The notes under the pieces were generated by a model. It was not told the origin of the DNA. It saw only the letters and a program-made list of their open reading frames with translations, and searched no databases. Both the position numbers and the translations under genes were made by a program. From positions 8,858-72,857 of the forward strand of contig JAGXNS010000002.1 of assembly GCA_019894855.1 (NCBI GenBank): a stretch of DNA of 64,000 nucleotides, read 5' to 3'. This DNA is from Promethearchaeota archaeon (GTDB taxonomy: Archaea > Asgardarchaeota > Lokiarchaeia > Sigyniarchaeales > SOKP01). This document shows, one piece after another, positions 40,801 to 51,971 of the stretch. Position 1 is the stretch's first letter. Every line of letters starts with the position of its first letter.

Positions 40801-41421
40801 TTAACGAGCAGAAACCGCTATCCTTTCAATTTCATCCTTTCTTTTTATAGCCCTTGACTCTTGGCTATCGCTTGCTGCTAATACTAGTTCCTGAGCCAAA
40901 TTAGCTGCGAATTGTTTCTCGTTTGAATGTGATTTTGTGCCAATAGCTTGAACTAAATACTTAATCGCTAAATCTACTCGACGCTGTGGCGATACATCTA
41001 CAGCAGACGCATAGGAGATACCTCCCATAGCAATCTTTGTCGTTTCTTCTCTAGGTGCCGTGTTACATATTGCATCAACTAGCACCTGAATTGGGTTATT
41101 ACCAGTGTTTAATTCCAACAAAGTAAAAGCATTTTCTAGATTCCTTAAGAGTTTACTTTTTTTGCCAGAACTATATGAACTTTTATGTCCTTTAATTTTA
41201 CTACCAATAAAACCGGGTGCTAGTAACCTGTTTACAAAACGCTCAATAACAGATATTTTAGAAGTTTTCCAAAAGCGCTTATGTTCGTGCCTTCCTGCTG
41301 TATGAGGAATTATAACCGGTTTTAGATTGATATAACTTTCCAATGTCCAATCTCTAACTTCAATGTTTTCAAATGACCATTTGTTAAAAAGTTTAATATC
41401 TTTTTTCACTTTACTCATCAT
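40801..41421 (-). CDS. rps7: 30S ribosomal protein uS7
   Basis: PHTAGRH, NPIQVLV.A, PREE, VDVSPQRRVD, ERIAVSAR. Confidence 0.96.
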   Translation of the reverse strand: MMSKVKKDIKLFNKWSFENIEVRDWTLESYINLKPVIIPHTAGRHEHKRFWKTSKISVIERFVNRLLAPGFIGSKIKGHKSSYSSGKKSKLLRNLENAFTLLELNTGNNPIQVLVDAICNTAPREETTKIAMGGISYASAVDVSPQRRVDLAIKYLVQAIGTKSHSNEKQFAANLAQELVLAASDSQESRAIKRKDEIERIAVSAR

Positions 41422-41427
41422 TTACAC

Positions 41428-41862
41428 CTATCTCATTGGTTTTTCTTTCTTGCCTGAGATTAACGCTTGTAAGCTTACACCGTTTACCATAACTACGCGC
41501 CATCGCACACCAGGAAGATCACCTACTGCCCGACCCTTGGCTCCCCCGATCCCTTCCACAAGTACTCTATCATGTTCTTCAATGAAATTAAGGGCACCGT
41601 CTCCCGGAAGAAAAGCAGTGATTGTTTTTCCATTCTTTTTTAACTGAACACGGACGCATTTTCGAATAGCAGAGTTAGGTTGTTTACTTTCTCTCCCAAC
41701 TTTTTGAAGCACGATACCCAATGCTTGAGGAGATCCCTCCATAGGGTCAACTTTCTGTTTTAATTTAAGCTTCGTTCTTTTATATTTAGTTTTGCTCCAT
41801 CTAAGCTTCTTTCGGTTATTTTTTAGTTGTCTTGCTGCGTAGAGACCTTTAGGTTTTGCCAT
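41428..41862 (-). CDS. rps12: 30S ribosomal protein uS12
   Basis: [23 protein letters not shown]. Confidence 0.97.
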   Translation of the reverse strand: MAKPKGLYAARQLKNNRKKLRWSKTKYKRTKLKLKQKVDPMEGSPQALGIVLQKVGRESKQPNSAIRKCVRVQLKKNGKTITAFLPGDGALNFIEEHDRVLVEGIGGAKGRAVGDLPGVRWRVVMVNGVSLQALISGKKEKPMR

Positions 41863-41963
41863 GAAAAATCAAGTTAATCTTTTTTTTTTTTAATATTACT
41901 TATTGAGATATAGCTTAATATCTTCCTTAGAACTTAAAATTTTTTAATTGAGAAAAATAGAAC

Positions 41964-42452
41964 CTAATTTTTTGTGTTAACTATTACATTATCAACTTCA
42001 AAATGACGTAAAACGAGTTCTTTTATCTTTCTTATCATTGAACCCTCTTTACCGATTGCTTTTCCTCGATCTTGAGGTCGTACAGAAATAATCACAGTTT
42101 TTTTCTCGTTTCTACTTTCTTTTACTTCTATGTTTTGAACTTGGATTGAATTCTTAGTAGTATTTAATATGAATTGAATGAATTGTCCAAGATCTTCTGA
42201 CCAGGGAATCACATCAATCTTCTTTTGAAGCTTATTCATAAGATCTTTCACATGTTCCCCAGCTTTACCAATAGCTTTTCCTACATCTTCTTTTTTAACT
42301 AAGAATATAATTATTTCAGAGTTATTTTCAGGAGATTCAAATATTAAACAATCTTTAATAATAGCCCCAGAAATATTATTGAAAAGCGATATTAATTCCA
42401 TCGATTTTCTGTCGAGTTTGATATTTCTATGTAACATCATTAACGGTTCCAT
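41964..42452 (-). CDS. nusA: Archaeal NusA (two KH domains)
   Basis: GKAIGK.G twice; rpoA2-L30e-nusA-S12 synteny. Confidence 0.92.
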   Translation of the reverse strand: MEPLMMLHRNIKLDRKSMELISLFNNISGAIIKDCLIFESPENNSEIIIFLVKKEDVGKAIGKAGEHVKDLMNKLQKKIDVIPWSEDLGQFIQFILNTTKNSIQVQNIEVKESRNEKKTVIISVRPQDRGKAIGKEGSMIRKIKELVLRHFEVDNVIVNTKN

Positions 42453-42459
42453 TTAGTCT

Positions 42460-42840
42460 TTAATTATTTTTATCCTTCAAAGTTATTAAGTCTGAATCTC
42501 CAAAATCGTTGATTCCGATAACGGAAATCATGTATGGCTTGCCCATTGCTAACCCCAGTTCCCACGAAGAACCTTTATATTTGTGTATATATACATTTTT
42601 ATTTATAAGAGAATTATAATAACTTAATTGGGCTTCCAATTCGGTTGGACAATTATTTGCGATAATGATCATCTTAAAAGGATCTTGTCTTAGTTGCCTT
42701 AAGACTTGCGTTTTACCAAAAATCATTTTACCGGTCTTATACGCAACTTTTATATTAGTATCAATATCGAATTCTTTGACTTTCTTTCTAGATAAATCGA
42801 TTGTATCGCTTATCTTTATGTTTTTCCTTGCCATCGTCAT
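42460..42840 (-). CDS. rpl30e: 50S ribosomal protein eL30
   Basis: KTGK..FG, IIANNCP, GSSWELG.A.GKPY, GDSD. Confidence 0.94.
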   Translation of the reverse strand: MTMARKNIKISDTIDLSRKKVKEFDIDTNIKVAYKTGKMIFGKTQVLRQLRQDPFKMIIIANNCPTELEAQLSYYNSLINKNVYIHKYKGSSWELGLAMGKPYMISVIGINDFGDSDLITLKDKNN

Positions 42841-43044
42841 TACTTGTTGTATCAGTTTTAAAAATCAAAAACAATGTAATAAAAAAAATACAGAATAATT
42901 TAAATTTTTATCGCATGTTCTCCTATTTCTTGCTTTCAAGCATTTTCAAATTAATATTAAAATTTAACTTTTATTTTTTTAGTATTGGGTTTATGAAGCG
43001 TAAAAACCGTGGATTATGATTGTCATTCGTGCTATATAGCTAAT

Positions 43045-44253
43045 TTATGTATTCTCGTCTTTTCTTAATTGATTTAATATTTTAAGGTTAGCATCTAAAT
43101 CGAACATAACATTTACACGACCCGTGCCGATGGGAGATATCTGACCTATGATAACATTTTCGGGAATTCCAAGTAATTTCTCTTCTTCACCATACAATCC
43201 TGCATCAAGTAATTGGTTTACTGTGACTTCAAACGCTGCTCTAGCAAATACACTCGATTTAGAACCTGAAATTCCGTGCCTTCCAATTGATTGAATTGAG
43301 CCTTCTACGCACATTAAATCGGATAAAATAAGGAGGTGCCTTTTATCGACATCTAAACCTTGTTGCTCTAAAACTTTTTGAGCTTCTTTAATTATCATGT
43401 TTCGAGCTGCCTCGATTCCATAGAGTTTTTCGATTTCATGAATGTGATTTGATACAGTCCTAGTAGTATCTACCCCTTCGATTTGAGTGACGCCGTGCAT
43501 ATTTGTTCCTTCGGTTTTAATAACCCACTCCTTTTTATCGTCTGTTGGGGTTAGTAAACCTCTTTTAATACCACGTACACCTTTCACTACTTTTTTAAGT
43601 ATCTTTTCTCTTAATTTTTGCAGATTCTGAATATCTTCAATCTGAGGATCAATTATTATAGAATTACCTTCGCGTTTAATTGTTCCCTTCTTTTTGTATC
43701 GTTTTAATATTTCAGGAATAGCTTCTATATCAATACCGCGTTTCTCACAAATTTCGGGTATTAAGTTGATGATGATATTCCAGTTGACAAAATCTAAGTC
43801 GACATCATGAGTAATTTGTTCAATGCGAATTTGTTCGATTCTTTTGTGAACTTCAATAGCCTTCTCTTCACTTTGATTATACGGTTCTTCTAAATAAATT
43901 GTTTGTTGAGGTGTACTTGGAAAGCGTCTAGCATCTACGATTTCTATTAGTCTAGGAAGACCTTGGGTTACTGAGAATTCTTCTACGCCAGCGTAGTGAA
44001 ATGTTCTTAAAGTCATTTGTGTTCCTGGTTCTCCAATACTTTGAGCAGCTACTGTTCCAACAGGTTCATGAGTTTCGACAATAGCGTTATTATAATTAAT
44101 ATAAATCTTGTTTAAAAGGTATTCCAGTTGTTCTTCTTCAAGATCTTCACCTTTTACACGATTTCTGATTCTGTTAATTAGATCGTTTGGAATACCATCT
44201 TCTTTGAGTATTTCTAAGTTTTCCTCTAAAATTTCTTGAGTTACTTTTGCCAT
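43045..44253 (-). CDS. rpoA2: RNA polymerase subunit A'' (Rpo1C)
   Basis: [37 protein letters not shown]. Confidence 0.97.
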   Translation of the reverse strand: MAKVTQEILEENLEILKEDGIPNDLINRIRNRVKGEDLEEEQLEYLLNKIYINYNNAIVETHEPVGTVAAQSIGEPGTQMTLRTFHYAGVEEFSVTQGLPRLIEIVDARRFPSTPQQTIYLEEPYNQSEEKAIEVHKRIEQIRIEQITHDVDLDFVNWNIIINLIPEICEKRGIDIEAIPEILKRYKKKGTIKREGNSIIIDPQIEDIQNLQKLREKILKKVVKGVRGIKRGLLTPTDDKKEWVIKTEGTNMHGVTQIEGVDTTRTVSNHIHEIEKLYGIEAARNMIIKEAQKVLEQQGLDVDKRHLLILSDLMCVEGSIQSIGRHGISGSKSSVFARAAFEVTVNQLLDAGLYGEEEKLLGIPENVIIGQISPIGTGRVNVMFDLDANLKILNQLRKDENT

Positions 44254-44282
44254 TTCATTTGACCTTTATAAAATTTAATAAA

Positions 44283-47255
44283 TTATCCTAATCTTTCTTT
44301 TTTCCACTCTAAATATCCTTTTGTGAGTTTCCCTCTCCATTCTGCGTTTTTACCTTCCTCTGTGTTATACAATTCCCTCAATTCTTCTTCACTGAGCGCT
44401 TGATCTTTCTTATCTGCTTTTTCTTGTTTTTCAGACTCATCTTTGACAGTATTTTTGGGTGTAGGTTTTTTGGTGGGGGGTTTTTTAGTGGAAGGTTTTT
44501 TGGTTGTTGTTGCCTTAGATGTAACTTTAGGTTTTGGGATTCTTTTGATTTCCTCACGAATTTCGTTTAAGTCAAGGGCTTTAGCTTTGAGCAGAAGAAC
44601 ATCAAGATTTACTGCATCAGAATGATCGGTATGCATAGGATCTATACCGTCGTCACCATAGCGGAATTGAATAATATTTTTATCACTGTTCCTTACAGTT
44701 CCATCATTTTCTACAATCATGTCTTGTAAAGCGTTTACCAACCGCCTTTGCATATACCCACTAGTAGAGGTACGAACAGCAGTATCTACTAGCCCTTCTC
44801 GACCACCCATTGCATGAAAAAAGAATTCCTCTGGATTTAGTCCTTTTCGGTAAGAACTCTCGACGAAACCTCTTGCTTTAGGTGTTAAGTCGTCTTGTTT
44901 AAAATGTGGAAGAGTTCTTGAACTATATCCTCTATTAATTCTTTCACCTCTTATCGCCTGCTGGCCCACTACAGCGGACATTTGTCCTAAATTTAAGATG
45001 TTTCCTCTAGCTCCCGATTTCGTCATAATTACTGAATGAGCTTCGTCTCCAATATGGTGAGCTGCGGTTTCTTCGGCCATTTTTCTCGCTTCTGCTAATA
45101 TTTGTCGTATTCTAAGTTCAAGTGTTTCGCGCATAGAACGTCCGGGGGCTCTTCTCAAAACCGTCGTGTCATTTTCTCTATATGCTTTGATTAGTTTCTT
45201 TGCTTCGATATCAACATCTTTTAATATTTTAAGAATCTTATCATAAGCTTCACCGTAGACATAAACTTCATCCAATCCCATTGTCATTCCATTCTGACGG
45301 ATAACGTACAATAGCATTTTTGTGGCGTTGTCTAAAAATTCTCTCCCTCGCGCGTTTCCATGATCCTTAATTACACGCTGTAGAATACTATTAGATTGCA
45401 TAGCACCGAATGAGTTTTCGTCAATAGTTCCCGTTATAAGAATACCGTTTTTGATTACCACATAAGCATCGTATTCACAATCTTCTTCCTTACAAACTTC
45501 ACATTTTTTACAAAATTTCGATTTTACTTTTATATTCAAATCGTTCGGAAAAAGAGTGCTAAAAATTTGCTTTCCTGAATATAACTTCTCAGGGACCGTT
45601 TTAACTGGAGTAATGTCATCTAAACTAAATCCTGGTTTAGTAGTAAAGACACCTCCCATATAAAGTAGTTTTAATGCGTCCTTTCTGTCATAAACTGAGT
45701 CTAAACTTGTAAATTGAAACACAGAGGAAATAAAGTCTTGAATTCCTCCCAGAATTGGGCCACCAAATCTCGGAGATAATATGTGGTTTTGCACTTTCAA
45801 TAGCAGTTCGGCTTCAGTTCGAGCTTCTTCGCTTTGTGGGACATGCAAGTTCATCTCATCACCATCAAAATCGGCGTTGTAAGGTGGACAAACCGTTAAA
45901 TTTAACCTAAAAGTTCGACCATCCATTATTTTAACCTCGTGAGCCATAATAGACATTCTATGAAGGGAAGGTTGTCGATTAAACAAAACTAAATCACCGT
46001 CAGCTAAATGTCGTTCAACGGTATATCCTGGAGCAAGCATTTCCGAAATGATTTTACGATTCTTAACGTACCGTAAATCTATCCTTCTTCGATCGCTTCT
46101 AATTATATAATTTGCTCCTGGATGATGAAAGGGTCCATTGAGAACGAGTTGTTTCATTTCTTCGATGTTCCAATCGTTAATATTTGTAGGTATGGTTAAA
46201 ATTTTAGCAATTTCCATTGGTACACCTACATCATTAATGCTAATGAAAGGGTTTGGAGAAATTACGGAGCGTGCGGAAAAATCAACTCTTTTTCCACTCA
46301 AATTGCTTCTAAACCTTCCTTCCTTCCCTTTTAATCTTTGTGTAAGAGTTCTTAACGCTCTCCCAGATCTATGTCTCGCTGGTGGAATTCCAGAAACCTG
46401 ATTATCGAAATAGGTTGTAATATGATATTGAAGTAATTCCCATAAATCCTCAACGATTAGATGAGGTGCACCTGCATCAATATTTTCTCTAAGTCTTTGG
46501 TTAATACGAATAACATCAACTAATTTGTGGGTTAAATCGTCTTCAGATCTAATTCCACTATCTAACGTAATAGAAGGTCGAGCACAAACAGGTGGAATTG
46601 GTAATACCGTAAATATTACCCATTCAAGTCTCGCATTTTCAGGGGATACTCCTAAAATCCTAAGGTCATTATCTGTCATTTTTTTAAGGCGTTCTAGTAT
46701 TTCAATAGGAGTAATCCTTCGAGAGCCCTTAGTTTCTTCTTCTTCATAAAAAGTAGTAGGTTTTTCTATTACAATTTTTTTCTTTTTTGCGCCACAATAC
46801 GGACAAATTTTACTTTTTCTTGCCTGCTTAAACACATTCTTTGTAGCATCTTCATCATCTTCAAAGAAAATTCTACGGTGCTTTAATTGTCCTTGCCTAA
46901 ATGTTTCCATTTCTTCATCTGTTAACATTAACCTTGAGCATTCAGGACAGATGCTTCTTAGGACTTTGAGGACTTTTTTCGAATAGCCGACATGAATAAC
47001 GGGCCTTGCTAATTCTATATGACCAAAGTGCCCCATACAATTACTAACAAGGTTGCCACAAGTCTGACATCTCTGTCCCGGCTCAATAGTCCCTAACCGT
47101 TGATCCATAAGACCACTGGGAATAGGTAAACCATCTTCATCATAAGTATCTGCCGTAATTATCCTGGCAGCAGACATTTTTCTAATTTCGTCGGGACTTA
47201 ATAATCCGAATTTAATTTTTTCAACTAATTTAGTACGACTGAATGAATAACTCAT
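44283..47255 (-). CDS. rpoA1: RNA polymerase subunit A' (Rpo1N) with C-terminal extension
   Basis: NADFDGDEMN catalytic motif, GKRVDF, FNRQPSLH, GREGL.DTA. Confidence 0.98.
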   Translation of the reverse strand: MSYSFSRTKLVEKIKFGLLSPDEIRKMSAARIITADTYDEDGLPIPSGLMDQRLGTIEPGQRCQTCGNLVSNCMGHFGHIELARPVIHVGYSKKVLKVLRSICPECSRLMLTDEEMETFRQGQLKHRRIFFEDDEDATKNVFKQARKSKICPYCGAKKKKIVIEKPTTFYEEEETKGSRRITPIEILERLKKMTDNDLRILGVSPENARLEWVIFTVLPIPPVCARPSITLDSGIRSEDDLTHKLVDVIRINQRLRENIDAGAPHLIVEDLWELLQYHITTYFDNQVSGIPPARHRSGRALRTLTQRLKGKEGRFRSNLSGKRVDFSARSVISPNPFISINDVGVPMEIAKILTIPTNINDWNIEEMKQLVLNGPFHHPGANYIIRSDRRRIDLRYVKNRKIISEMLAPGYTVERHLADGDLVLFNRQPSLHRMSIMAHEVKIMDGRTFRLNLTVCPPYNADFDGDEMNLHVPQSEEARTEAELLLKVQNHILSPRFGGPILGGIQDFISSVFQFTSLDSVYDRKDALKLLYMGGVFTTKPGFSLDDITPVKTVPEKLYSGKQIFSTLFPNDLNIKVKSKFCKKCEVCKEEDCEYDAYVVIKNGILITGTIDENSFGAMQSNSILQRVIKDHGNARGREFLDNATKMLLYVIRQNGMTMGLDEVYVYGEAYDKILKILKDVDIEAKKLIKAYRENDTTVLRRAPGRSMRETLELRIRQILAEARKMAEETAAHHIGDEAHSVIMTKSGARGNILNLGQMSAVVGQQAIRGERINRGYSSRTLPHFKQDDLTPKARGFVESSYRKGLNPEEFFFHAMGGREGLVDTAVRTSTSGYMQRRLVNALQDMIVENDGTVRNSDKNIIQFRYGDDGIDPMHTDHSDAVNLDVLLLKAKALDLNEIREEIKRIPKPKVTSKATTTKKPSTKKPPTKKPTPKNTVKDESEKQEKADKKDQALSEEELRELYNTEEGKNAEWRGKLTKGYLEWKKERLG

Positions 47256-47441
47256 AAATCTAAAATAACCTCAATTTTTGAATTAAAAAGATAAAACAAT
47301 AAAGAATAAGTTAACAAGTTCTGCACTATAAAAAAACTAAGCAAGCAAATATTAAAAATTTTTCGGATTAGACATTTTTTTATCTATTCTATTATTACTT
47401 TATATCAAGTAGTTTATTTTATAGATGTATTCACTCACGCA

Positions 47442-48053
47442 ATGATGAAGATAAAGTCGCTATTTAAAAGTAAATTAATGGTATTCTGCATTCAAATATT
47501 GATTTTACTAATATTCAGCGCTATATTTAATTATCAGATTCAAATTGATTTTGATTCGAGTACTGACCCTAGAGCAGGGGAGCAACAATTTATTATCCAA
47601 TTTCTTGCTAACTTATTTTTATATAACACAACTTTTGGTTTTTTATACATAAATTTTACATGGGTAATTGTTTCGTTATTACCTATTCTCATGTTTAACA
47701 ATTTCAGAAAAGCTTATTCAATGAATTTAGCAACTTTCTTTTTTCCTAATTTCTTTTTTTATGTTTTCTATTGGAGGTATTCAATAACATCCTTTAGTTC
47801 TGTTTTCCCAACTTTTTTAGTCGAAACTGTCGCGCTAGCAATTACACTCGTAATAATTTCCATAGGGTTGTCATTTGTCTTAAAATTAATTAGAAGTGAA
47901 GAAAAGAAAATAGATATAAAAGATATTGAATTAAAAAATAGATCAGAATGCCCTCAATGTGGAGCTAAATTCGATTCAAAACCAGAATATTGTTATAACT
48001 GTAATACTTATTTAAAAGAAGAATTAGGGGAAATAATTGGAAGCGAGAAATGA
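47442..48053 (+). CDS. Membrane protein with C-terminal zinc ribbon
   Basis: About 4 TM segments; CPQCG...YCYNC. Confidence 0.75.
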   Translation: MMKIKSLFKSKLMVFCIQILILLIFSAIFNYQIQIDFDSSTDPRAGEQQFIIQFLANLFLYNTTFGFLYINFTWVIVSLLPILMFNNFRKAYSMNLATFFFPNFFFYVFYWRYSITSFSSVFPTFLVETVALAITLVIISIGLSFVLKLIRSEEKKIDIKDIELKNRSECPQCGAKFDSKPEYCYNCNTYLKEELGEIIGSEK

Positions 48054-49491
48054 AAAAATGTCATTTGAACGATTGTTTAAACCAAAAAATGTTCTAATAT
48101 ATGATGCAAAACCCAAAATTTCGTTTTTTATAGATGGATTTATTAGACAAGGATACAATTTGAAAAATCTCTATCTCGTTTCTACTCAAGTTAAAGAAAT
48201 TTTAGGCATAAAATGTTTAAAATCTGTCGACGATGTTCCTGTTGATTCGATCGATCTCGTTATTTTATCCGTTAGAAGAGACAATTTGGTTAAGGAATTA
48301 TCAAACTTATTATCTCGTAAAATAATTAAGTTTATTCATATTTTTACAGCGGGTACTGGAGAATTTGACGAAAAAGGTGCTAATATTGAAAGGGAAATTA
48401 AAGAAATTCTTAATGCCTATTCCTCTACGAGAAGCATAGGTCCAAATTGTATGGGTTTGTATTGCCCACAAGGAAAAATAGCATATTACTCCTCTTTTCC
48501 TACCGAAAATGGGGATGTAGGATTAATTTTTCAGTCTGGAGATTTACATTCTAAGATGGTTAAGTTTGGTTCTCGAAGATACAATTTAAGATTTTCGAAA
48601 GGGGTTAGTGCAGGAAATTGCATTGATATTCAAGTTTCTGAATTATTACAATACTTAAATAATGACAATGAAACGCAAGTTATTTGCGTTTACTTCGAGG
48701 GTCTGCCTGTCTTACAAAAAAATGAAGGAAGAAGACTCCTAGAAGTATTAAAAAATATGAAGAAACCCGTGCTCTTTATGCGCGGAGGAAGAACTGAGAG
48801 AGGTCAGGCAGCAGTTTTAACTCACACGGGCTCCTTGGCTTCAAAAGGTAATATTTGGAAAGCAATTTTTAAACAGACGCCAATTATTGACGTTCCACCG
48901 TCTTTAGATGAGCTAATCGATTATACTTACCTATTTTCCAACAATATACAACATTATAAAGAAAGAAAGAAAGAAGTGAAGTATCCAAAATCAAAAAATG
49001 TTTTAGTAGTTTTATGGTCTGGTGGTTTTGGGATTTTAGCTACTGATATTTTAACTGAATTAGGACTGAACCTACCGATTATATCAGGAAAAAAATTAGA
49101 CGCCCTAAAACAGATATATCCTATTAGGGTTGGGAGCTTAACTAATCCTTTGGATATGCCTTGGATTATTTCAAGTAAGGTGTATTCGGAGGTTTGTAAG
49201 GCGGCGATAGATGATACTATCGATTTAGTATTGATAGTAACAGATGCTTGGAGAGATTTGGATGATGATAAATTTAAAAATTTTTATATCAATTTACTTG
49301 GAATTAGAACGCATGTAGAATCTTTAGATAAAATCTTTGTGATTATATTGCCGCAGTATCCTAGCGAATCACGGCAGATATTATCCAATAAATTGAAAAA
49401 TGATGGATTTCTCGTGTATGAATCAATAGAAAGCGCAGCAAGGTCGTTTTTGAAATTATATGAATATGGTAATAAGAGGAAAGTAGTTTAA
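48037..49491 (+). CDS. CoA-binding protein, NDP-forming acyl-CoA synthetase alpha-subunit-like
   Basis: GPNCMG, QSG, HTGSLA phospho-His motif, SGG.G, NPLD. Confidence 0.85.
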   Translation: MEARNEKMSFERLFKPKNVLIYDAKPKISFFIDGFIRQGYNLKNLYLVSTQVKEILGIKCLKSVDDVPVDSIDLVILSVRRDNLVKELSNLLSRKIIKFIHIFTAGTGEFDEKGANIEREIKEILNAYSSTRSIGPNCMGLYCPQGKIAYYSSFPTENGDVGLIFQSGDLHSKMVKFGSRRYNLRFSKGVSAGNCIDIQVSELLQYLNNDNETQVICVYFEGLPVLQKNEGRRLLEVLKNMKKPVLFMRGGRTERGQAAVLTHTGSLASKGNIWKAIFKQTPIIDVPPSLDELIDYTYLFSNNIQHYKERKKEVKYPKSKNVLVVLWSGGFGILATDILTELGLNLPIISGKKLDALKQIYPIRVGSLTNPLDMPWIISSKVYSEVCKAAIDDTIDLVLIVTDAWRDLDDDKFKNFYINLLGIRTHVESLDKIFVIILPQYPSESRQILSNKLKNDGFLVYESIESAARSFLKLYEYGNKRKVV

Positions 49492-50447
49492 TGACTGGAG
49501 AATTAATCGCAATTTTCGCAGTCTTAACTTTTGTAATATCAAACGTCCTCTTTCGAAAAACTGAGCGGCATGCTAGCCCTGTTTTTATTAACTTTTTTCG
49601 TACTGCAATTGGAACTTTAACATTTATAGTAATCGCTGTTATTTTAGGTATTTTTACATATATATTCTTATTACCATGGAATTTGTGGTTAATAACATTC
49701 CTAAGTTTTCTTTTTGGACAAGTAATTGGAGACACAGCGTATTTTAAAGCGCAAAAAGAACTTGGTACTACACTTGCTTTAGCGGTTTCAATGACATTTC
49801 CTGTATTTACCGTTCTTCTATCATTACTTTTTCTAAACCGTGCTTTTGACTATAAGATAATTCTGTCGATTGTTCTTATTGGGTCAGGGATCATAGTAAT
49901 AGGGAAGTCCAAAATAATCACTGAAAACAAAAACTCAATAGATTTGGAAACTCACCCTCAAAAATTAATTTCTCATACGTCCTATAAACCAATCGTATAC
50001 GCCTTAATCGCTTCACTTGGATGGGCTATAGGTCTTGTCATAATAGATTATGTGACGAATCAAATTGATCAAATATTAGTTTCAAATGGAATAAGTTCTA
50101 TTATTAGCAATGTAATTCGCTTTCCATTTGCTCTGCTGATCTTATTCTTAATGGTTTGGAGAGAAAATAGATTTGGTGATGGTAACCAAAATTTATTCTC
50201 ATATAGAAAACCTTCTAAAACATGGTCTATTCTGCTTATAGCATCCATTATTGGTACTTCTTTAGGAGCGTATTTATATACTGAAGCAGCTCACACAGCT
50301 GGAGCCATTGTGATGTCATTATTAGCGAGTGCAAGCCCTTTGTTTTCACTTCCACTAACCTATTGGTTGAATAAAGAAAGGATTAGTAAATACGGTTTTT
50401 TAGGAGTACTTGCTACAATCTTAGGAGTAGTTGTGGTTATAATATAA
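49491..50447 (+). CDS. EamA/DMT-family transporter
   Basis: About 10 TM segments in two repeats. Confidence 0.85.
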   Translation: MTGELIAIFAVLTFVISNVLFRKTERHASPVFINFFRTAIGTLTFIVIAVILGIFTYIFLLPWNLWLITFLSFLFGQVIGDTAYFKAQKELGTTLALAVSMTFPVFTVLLSLLFLNRAFDYKIILSIVLIGSGIIVIGKSKIITENKNSIDLETHPQKLISHTSYKPIVYALIASLGWAIGLVIIDYVTNQIDQILVSNGISSIISNVIRFPFALLILFLMVWRENRFGDGNQNLFSYRKPSKTWSILLIASIIGTSLGAYLYTEAAHTAGAIVMSLLASASPLFSLPLTYWLNKERISKYGFLGVLATILGVVVVII

Positions 50448-50463
50448 AATTTTAAAGGATTGT

Positions 50464-51042
50464 TTAGAGCAGTTTGTCGTACGTAAAGTTATGAAGATCA
50501 AGAATTTTTTTCGTCATCTCTACGAAAATTTCTCGTATATTATAATTTTTCTTCGCAGAAGTCTTAAAAAATTCAACATCATTATGTTTTTTTCTAAAAC
50601 TCTCTATAACTAACTCGTCAACTTTTTCCGGTTTTTTTGCTAAATCACTTTTACATCCTACTAGTAACTTTGGTGTTTTACTTTGTTTCTGTTTTATGAG
50701 ATGTTCATACCACCAGTCCAAACCAAGTAATGTGTTATTTAGGTTAAACAAGCTGAATACCATAAATATTCCGTTTGCTCCATGGATATAATAGCTAAAC
50801 ATTTGTTTAAATTGTTCTTGTCCCCCAAAATCCCAAAGAGAAAGCCTAACATAAGTTTCATCTCCATCTACAATAATAGGAAGGTCATATGTGAAGAAAT
50901 CAATTCCTATTGTTAGTCGTGTATTCGCGTCAAAAGTATCAAAGCACAGTCTTCTCGCTATACAAGTTTTTCCTACACCTCCTTGACCGAGTAGGCATAT
51001 TTTGAAGATATAATGGGGTTGTTTTTCAGGTTCAAATGACAT
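50464..51042 (-). CDS. Rab-like small GTPase
   Basis: GQGGVGKT, TIGIDF, WDFGGQE, CKSDL, TSAK. Confidence 0.92.
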   Translation of the reverse strand: MSFEPEKQPHYIFKICLLGQGGVGKTCIARRLCFDTFDANTRLTIGIDFFTYDLPIIVDGDETYVRLSLWDFGGQEQFKQMFSYYIHGANGIFMVFSLFNLNNTLLGLDWWYEHLIKQKQSKTPKLLVGCKSDLAKKPEKVDELVIESFRKKHNDVEFFKTSAKKNYNIREIFVEMTKKILDLHNFTYDKLL

Positions 51043-51168
51043 TGAGTTTCAACTACTGTTTAAATTGCTTTAAAAATCTATTAGATTCTAGGAATATACA
51101 TCACGATTGGTATTAAATCTTTATGTAATAGAGAGAAATTTTTATTATCGAATTGAAATATAGGAATT

Positions 51169-51630
51169 ATGAACGAAAAAAATATGTTTCCTGATTATCA
51201 ACCAAAGATTAATCCGGACTCGCTTGAAGATTATCTAAAAAAGCCAAGTGAGGTGTATAAAATCCTTGAAGAAATCGGAGAACCTAACATCAATAATCTA
51301 AAAACTATTGTAACTAATTTTTTAAAACATAAGAATGCCGCTAAGAATAATCCTGGAAGTGCTCAGAAGGGAAATGTTGCTATTGGAGCAGACGAAGACC
51401 AATATTTTCCCTCGGAAGATGAATTGTTAGTATCAGAATTAGGAAAATTAATACTACGAGTTACCGGGTCTTATTCCAAACAGCAAATGAAGATATTAAA
51501 GTTAAAACATCAAATTAAGTCTCAACGATTGAGCTACCCGGAGATAACTTTTAGACATGTGGATGTTATGGGATCAGGCCGATTTTTTTACGCAGAAAAA
51601 GCTACGCTGGAAACAAAAATTGAATTGTAA
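51169..51630 (+). CDS. Hypothetical protein
   Basis: 153-aa ORF with AGGA before ATG; no recognised motif. Confidence 0.65.
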   Translation: MNEKNMFPDYQPKINPDSLEDYLKKPSEVYKILEEIGEPNINNLKTIVTNFLKHKNAAKNNPGSAQKGNVAIGADEDQYFPSEDELLVSELGKLILRVTGSYSKQQMKILKLKHQIKSQRLSYPEITFRHVDVMGSGRFFYAEKATLETKIEL

Positions 51631-51971
51631 GTCATTGGATTCTGCTTAATTGATCGCAACGGGGTGATTTACTTATAAGTGACGAAGAAAAGTTAAGCGA
51701 GAAAAATGAATGACTATTTTTTTTTACAAAGCGAATAACTTTACGGAATTCTTTTCAATATTTAATTCGTTTACTTTTCTCTTTTGTTTTGCATTTCTCG
51801 GATTTAGCTTATATTACTACCGTTACGATCTTCCGAAAGATCAAAGTTTCAGAAATCCAAATTTATATTGAGTATAAAAATACGGTTAATAATTGACTAT
51901 TTCAAAAAGATAAAAAGATAAAAAGAAAAAAAAATAAAGATGTAAATATAGTAAGCTTTCAGGAAATCGCT

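Noticed and set aside
42841-43044. Tiny ORFs (MR*, MLESKK*) upstream of rpl30e
   Set aside because: Too short to distinguish from chance
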